Part shown: positions 61,028 to 64,000 of the stretch, piece after piece
Position numbering within the stretch: the stretch's first letter is position 1
How the letters are laid out: every line of letters starts with the position of its first letter
Assembly (NCBI GenBank): GCA_011605725.1
Contig: JAAOZP010000004.1
Span: 160,001 to 224,000, forward strand
Direction: 5' to 3'
DNA length: 64,000 bases
Source of the DNA: Nitrososphaerota archaeon
GTDB lineage: Archaea > Thermoproteota > EX4484-205 > JAAOZP01
The notes under the pieces: model-generated
What the model was told of the DNA's origin: nothing
Database searches by the model: none
What the model saw: only the letters and a program-made list of their open reading frames with translations
Made by a program: the position numbers and the translations under genes

Positions 61028-61063
61028 AATTTAGTACCATCCTAAATTAGGTTGTGCCTAAAT
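61028..61063. promoter_or_regulatory. Tandem TTAG-N7-CTAA palindromes, probable DtxR-family operator
   Basis: TTAGTACCATCCTAA and TTAGGTTGTGCCTAA, overlapping the regulator start. Confidence 0.6.
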
Positions 61064-61491
61064 CTGGAGCTTCGAAGAGTCTGACTGGTAAGGAGGTTGA
61101 GTATCTTAAGACGGTTTTCAAGCTGCTTCCAGGAAGAGATATTGTTGGAAGCCTTGAGGTGGCTGATGCGATGGGTGTTTCATGCGCGACTGCAAGCGAG
61201 TATCTTGAAAGGCTTGAGGAAAAAGGCATGCTTAAAAGGTATCGTTGGAGGGGAGTAGTACTTTCGAAAAAGGGGCTGGAGGAGGTAAACAGGATTATCC
61301 GGAATCATAGGATTTTCGAGACCTACGTCTACAGGTTTCTCTCGGTCAGCCTGGAGGACGCCTGTGAATGCGCGAGTATGGTTGAGCAGCATCTTTCGGA
61401 GAAGGTTGTGAACTCTATGTGTAGTGCTCTTGGTCATCCTAGGACCTGCCCCCATAAGAACCATATTCCTGGAGGAAGATCCTGTTGCTGA
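61054..61491 (+). CDS. DtxR/MntR family metal-dependent regulator
   Basis: EYLKTVF, HTH, RNHRIFETY, VEQHLS, PRTCPHKNHIP. Confidence 0.92.
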   Translation: MPKSGASKSLTGKEVEYLKTVFKLLPGRDIVGSLEVADAMGVSCATASEYLERLEEKGMLKRYRWRGVVLSKKGLEEVNRIIRNHRIFETYVYRFLSVSLEDACECASMVEQHLSEKVVNSMCSALGHPRTCPHKNHIPGGRSCC

Positions 61492-62504
61492 GGAAAACGA
61501 TTATAATCATGCTGCTCCTCGCATTTCCCTCGCCATGGTTAAAAACCTGCGGAGCCAGGCAGAACCAGATGGTTAGGATAGTCGTATCGATAGATGTTTT
61601 AAGGCCCATCGTCTCGTCTATAACAGGTAATGTAGGAGAGGTCTATTCGATTGTCCCGGAGAACGCTGAGCCTCATAGCTTCACTCTCACTCCCAGTGCT
61701 GTTAGAAACGCTTCTGACTCAGACCTGATCGTTATAACGGGCCACATGGAGTGGGAGGCCGATCTAGTTAACAGGGTTGCGGAGGAGAAGGGGGTTAATC
61801 CTGATTCAATATCCATAAACCTGCTCGACTTGATAGAGAGTAACGGTATACTGCTCGAGTTGGAGGGTGAGAGAAATATTCACGGCTTCTGGCTGCTACC
61901 CGATAATGCTCTACTCATAGCCAGTGCTTTAAAGGACAGGCTTTCAGCAATTAGGCCAGAATACTCTGAAGAGTTCTTATCCAACTACATTGTTTTCCAC
62001 TCAAAGGTTTCCAGTCTCAAGGCTTTTCTAAACAGGCTTTCAGAGAAGTATGCTTCCTCAGGGAGAAAAGTGGTCATAGGTTTCTACGCTGAGCAGTATG
62101 TTGTTGAAGCAATGGGTCTAAGAGTCGGCGCGGTCCTAGTCGGTGAGGAGGAGGTTATAAAGCCCGAGTCTCTAAGCAGGGTCTACGATGGATTTAAATC
62201 CGGGGAATACGCGTGTATCGTTATCTCTGACACTGCTCTTTTGATGAGCGGTGTCCAAAATGCTCTTCAACAGATCTCTAGGGAAACCGGTTGCTCCATA
62301 GCTTATGTTTCTGCTGTTTCAACCAACGGTATTGAGAACTATGATTCAATAATGTATTATAATGCTGGGCAGGTTTACAGTGCGCTCTCATCCGGGCGCG
62401 CGCCCGTTTCAAGCGGGTTCAACATTTATCTTCTGACGACGCTTGCAGCGCTGCTGGTGGTCACGCTTGAAACAATAATCCTGGTCAGGAGGGGTAAGGC
62501 ATGA
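61485..62504 (+). CDS. Metal ABC transporter substrate-binding protein (ZnuA/TroA family)
   Basis: EPHSFTLTP, NIHGFWL, signal peptide and C-terminal TM. Confidence 0.88.
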   Translation: MLRKTIIIMLLLAFPSPWLKTCGARQNQMVRIVVSIDVLRPIVSSITGNVGEVYSIVPENAEPHSFTLTPSAVRNASDSDLIVITGHMEWEADLVNRVAEEKGVNPDSISINLLDLIESNGILLELEGERNIHGFWLLPDNALLIASALKDRLSAIRPEYSEEFLSNYIVFHSKVSSLKAFLNRLSEKYASSGRKVVIGFYAEQYVVEAMGLRVGAVLVGEEEVIKPESLSRVYDGFKSGEYACIVISDTALLMSGVQNALQQISRETGCSIAYVSAVSTNGIENYDSIMYYNAGQVYSALSSGRAPVSSGFNIYLLTTLAALLVVTLETIILVRRGKA

Positions 62505-63280
62505 ATGTCCCAGTGGTATCTGTTGAAAACGTTTCAGTGAGGCTTGGTAGCAGCATAGTGTTGGAGGATGTTAGCTTCAGTATTGAGTCGCCACTGTTCG
62601 TAACTGTAGTCGGGCCGAACGGGGCTGGTAAAACCACGCTTTTAAAGCTTCTCCTAGGCATGGTTAAGCCTTTCAAGGGCAGTGTTAAAGTACTCGGTTT
62701 AAACCCGTTCACAGAGCACAGTAGGCTCAGGAGTCTAGTGGGCTATGTCCCGCAGAAAGATAAGGTTTCCTACGAGACCCCGTTGAAAGTGGGCGAGGTT
62801 GTATTGATGGGGATAGTTTTAAGGAAGGGTTTTCCCAGAGTTGTCTCCAAGGATGACGTTGAGTCCGCGAGAAGGGCTTTAGCATACGTAGGTATGGAGG
62901 ATCATTGGGAGTCTTTTTTCAACGAGCTCAGCGGGGGTCAGCAGAGGAGGGTTCTGATAGCGAGAGCACTCGCATCCGACCCGTTGCTACTGCTGCTGGA
63001 CGAGGTTTTCGCCGGGTTGGATTCCGAGAGCCAAGAGTACTTGATCAACGTTTTCAAAACATTAAGAATGAGGGGGAGAACTATAGTTATTGTTGAGCAT
63101 GAGGTCGACCCTATAATGGAGCTTACTGACAGGATTCTTGTTTTAAACAGGTTTGTCTGCGTATACGGGGATCCGGATGAGGTTTTAAGCGAGGACAAGT
63201 TGAAGCCAATCTATCCTTGTTTAAGAACTGTTGAAAGTGAGGGCCGGAGGGTCTTCATCCTGGGTGATACGCATGCTTGA
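62501..63280 (+). CDS. Metal ABC transporter ATP-binding protein (ZnuC-like)
   Basis: GPNGAGKTT, GYVPQ, LSGGQQRR, LLDE. Confidence 0.93.
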   Translation: MNVPVVSVENVSVRLGSSIVLEDVSFSIESPLFVTVVGPNGAGKTTLLKLLLGMVKPFKGSVKVLGLNPFTEHSRLRSLVGYVPQKDKVSYETPLKVGEVVLMGIVLRKGFPRVVSKDDVESARRALAYVGMEDHWESFFNELSGGQQRRVLIARALASDPLLLLLDEVFAGLDSESQEYLINVFKTLRMRGRTIVIVEHEVDPIMELTDRILVLNRFVCVYGDPDEVLSEDKLKPIYPCLRTVESEGRRVFILGDTHA

Positions 63281-64000
63281 CCCGTTTGTTTTAAGAGCCG
63301 TCCTCGGGGTTTTTTTCGCAGCTTTCTCAGCACCAATTTCAGTAATAATGCTTTTAAGAGGAGTTCTCTACGTTACTCCTGAGGTTTCACACGCCGCGCT
63401 AGGCGGCGCGGCAGTAGGCGTTTTAATCCAGGCGTTTCTCCCAGGAGCGGCGGACCCGTTTGTCTTCGCAATAATATTCTGCGTAGCAACATCCATATTC
63501 GTTTCCCGCATGGGTAAGAGCAGTCAGCAAGCCTTGGGCATGATGCTCAGTGTCTCCCTGGCTGTAAGCGTGACGCTATACGCCATTACAAGAAGCTACA
63601 TGCCGATGGAGAAAAGGGTTTTAGTGGACAGTTATCTGGTGAGCGACCCCCTACTCTTGTCGGATATGGATGTGCTCAGCCTAGCGGTTGCATCAACCGT
63701 TGCGCTCACCGTCACCGCAATATTCTACAGGGAGTTTATCTACATTTGCTTCGACATGGAGACTGCTGAATCATTCGGGCTTAAAACTGGGCTGTACGAC
63801 TCCCTGCTCTTCACGGTTTCCGCGGTAACCGCCGCTGTCGTTGCGAGAACCATGGGTATTCTGCTCTCCGTCACGCTTCTCATAATCCCGGCAGCCGTCT
63901 CAAGACTATTGGCGCGCCGCGTAAGCATGATGCTGGCAGTGTCCTTCACGGTGGCGACTCTATCTGGGCTTGGAGGCGTCGCAGTATCTTTGCTCTACGA
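63273..64000 (+). CDS. Metal ABC transporter permease (ZnuB-like), runs off window
   Basis: SHAALGGAA, FYREFIYICFDMETAESFG, LLIIPAAVS. Confidence 0.88.
   Translation, partial: MLDPFVLRAVLGVFFAAFSAPISVIMLLRGVLYVTPEVSHAALGGAAVGVLIQAFLPGAADPFVFAIIFCVATSIFVSRMGKSSQQALGMMLSVSLAVSVTLYAITRSYMPMEKRVLVDSYLVSDPLLLSDMDVLSLAVASTVALTVTAIFYREFIYICFDMETAESFGLKTGLYDSLLFTVSAVTAAVVARTMGILLSVTLLIIPAAVSRLLARRVSMMLAVSFTVATLSGLGGVAVSLLY

Noticed and set aside
62393-62406. CGGGCGCGCGCCCG palindrome in the metal-binding protein gene
   Set aside because: In frame within an intact operon and lacks TA/AG flanks; probably coding coincidence
1-64000. Integrase, transposase, reverse transcriptase, rRNA or full tRNA gene
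   Set aside because: None recognised by eye; the enzymes behind the proposed systems must lie elsewhere or be unrecognised

Overview
Archaeal genomic DNA: CDC48/VAT ATPase, TATA-like promoters and archaeal-type toxin-antitoxin (TA) modules. It is probably a thermophilic, heterotrophic Thermoproteota-type organism, but the taxon cannot be fixed from sequence alone. The left part (1-27 kb) is mostly carbohydrate/peptide scavenging: AnmK, beta-lactamase-family hydrolase, Opp/Dpp ABC transporter, GH36, GH3, dehydrogenases, isomerase, deacetylase. The middle (27-58 kb) is a mosaic accessory region with about a dozen TA modules, many gene fragments, an OFOR operon and defence-like remnants. The right end (58-64 kb) has cdc48 and a DtxR-regulated metal ABC operon. 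Two structures are not explained by gene annotation. (1) A short palindrome, consensus TAGCGCGCGCTA, occurs about 40 times by hand count. It sits almost only at junctions: it truncates genes, brackets intact single-gene cassettes and separates short captured fragments. (2) Six co-oriented 3'-end fragments of PEP synthase (ppsA) differ mainly at synonymous positions and alternate with TA or other cargo, suggesting repeated ppsA-anchored gene capture. No integrase or transposase was recognised in the window. All annotation is by eye; no database searches were run.
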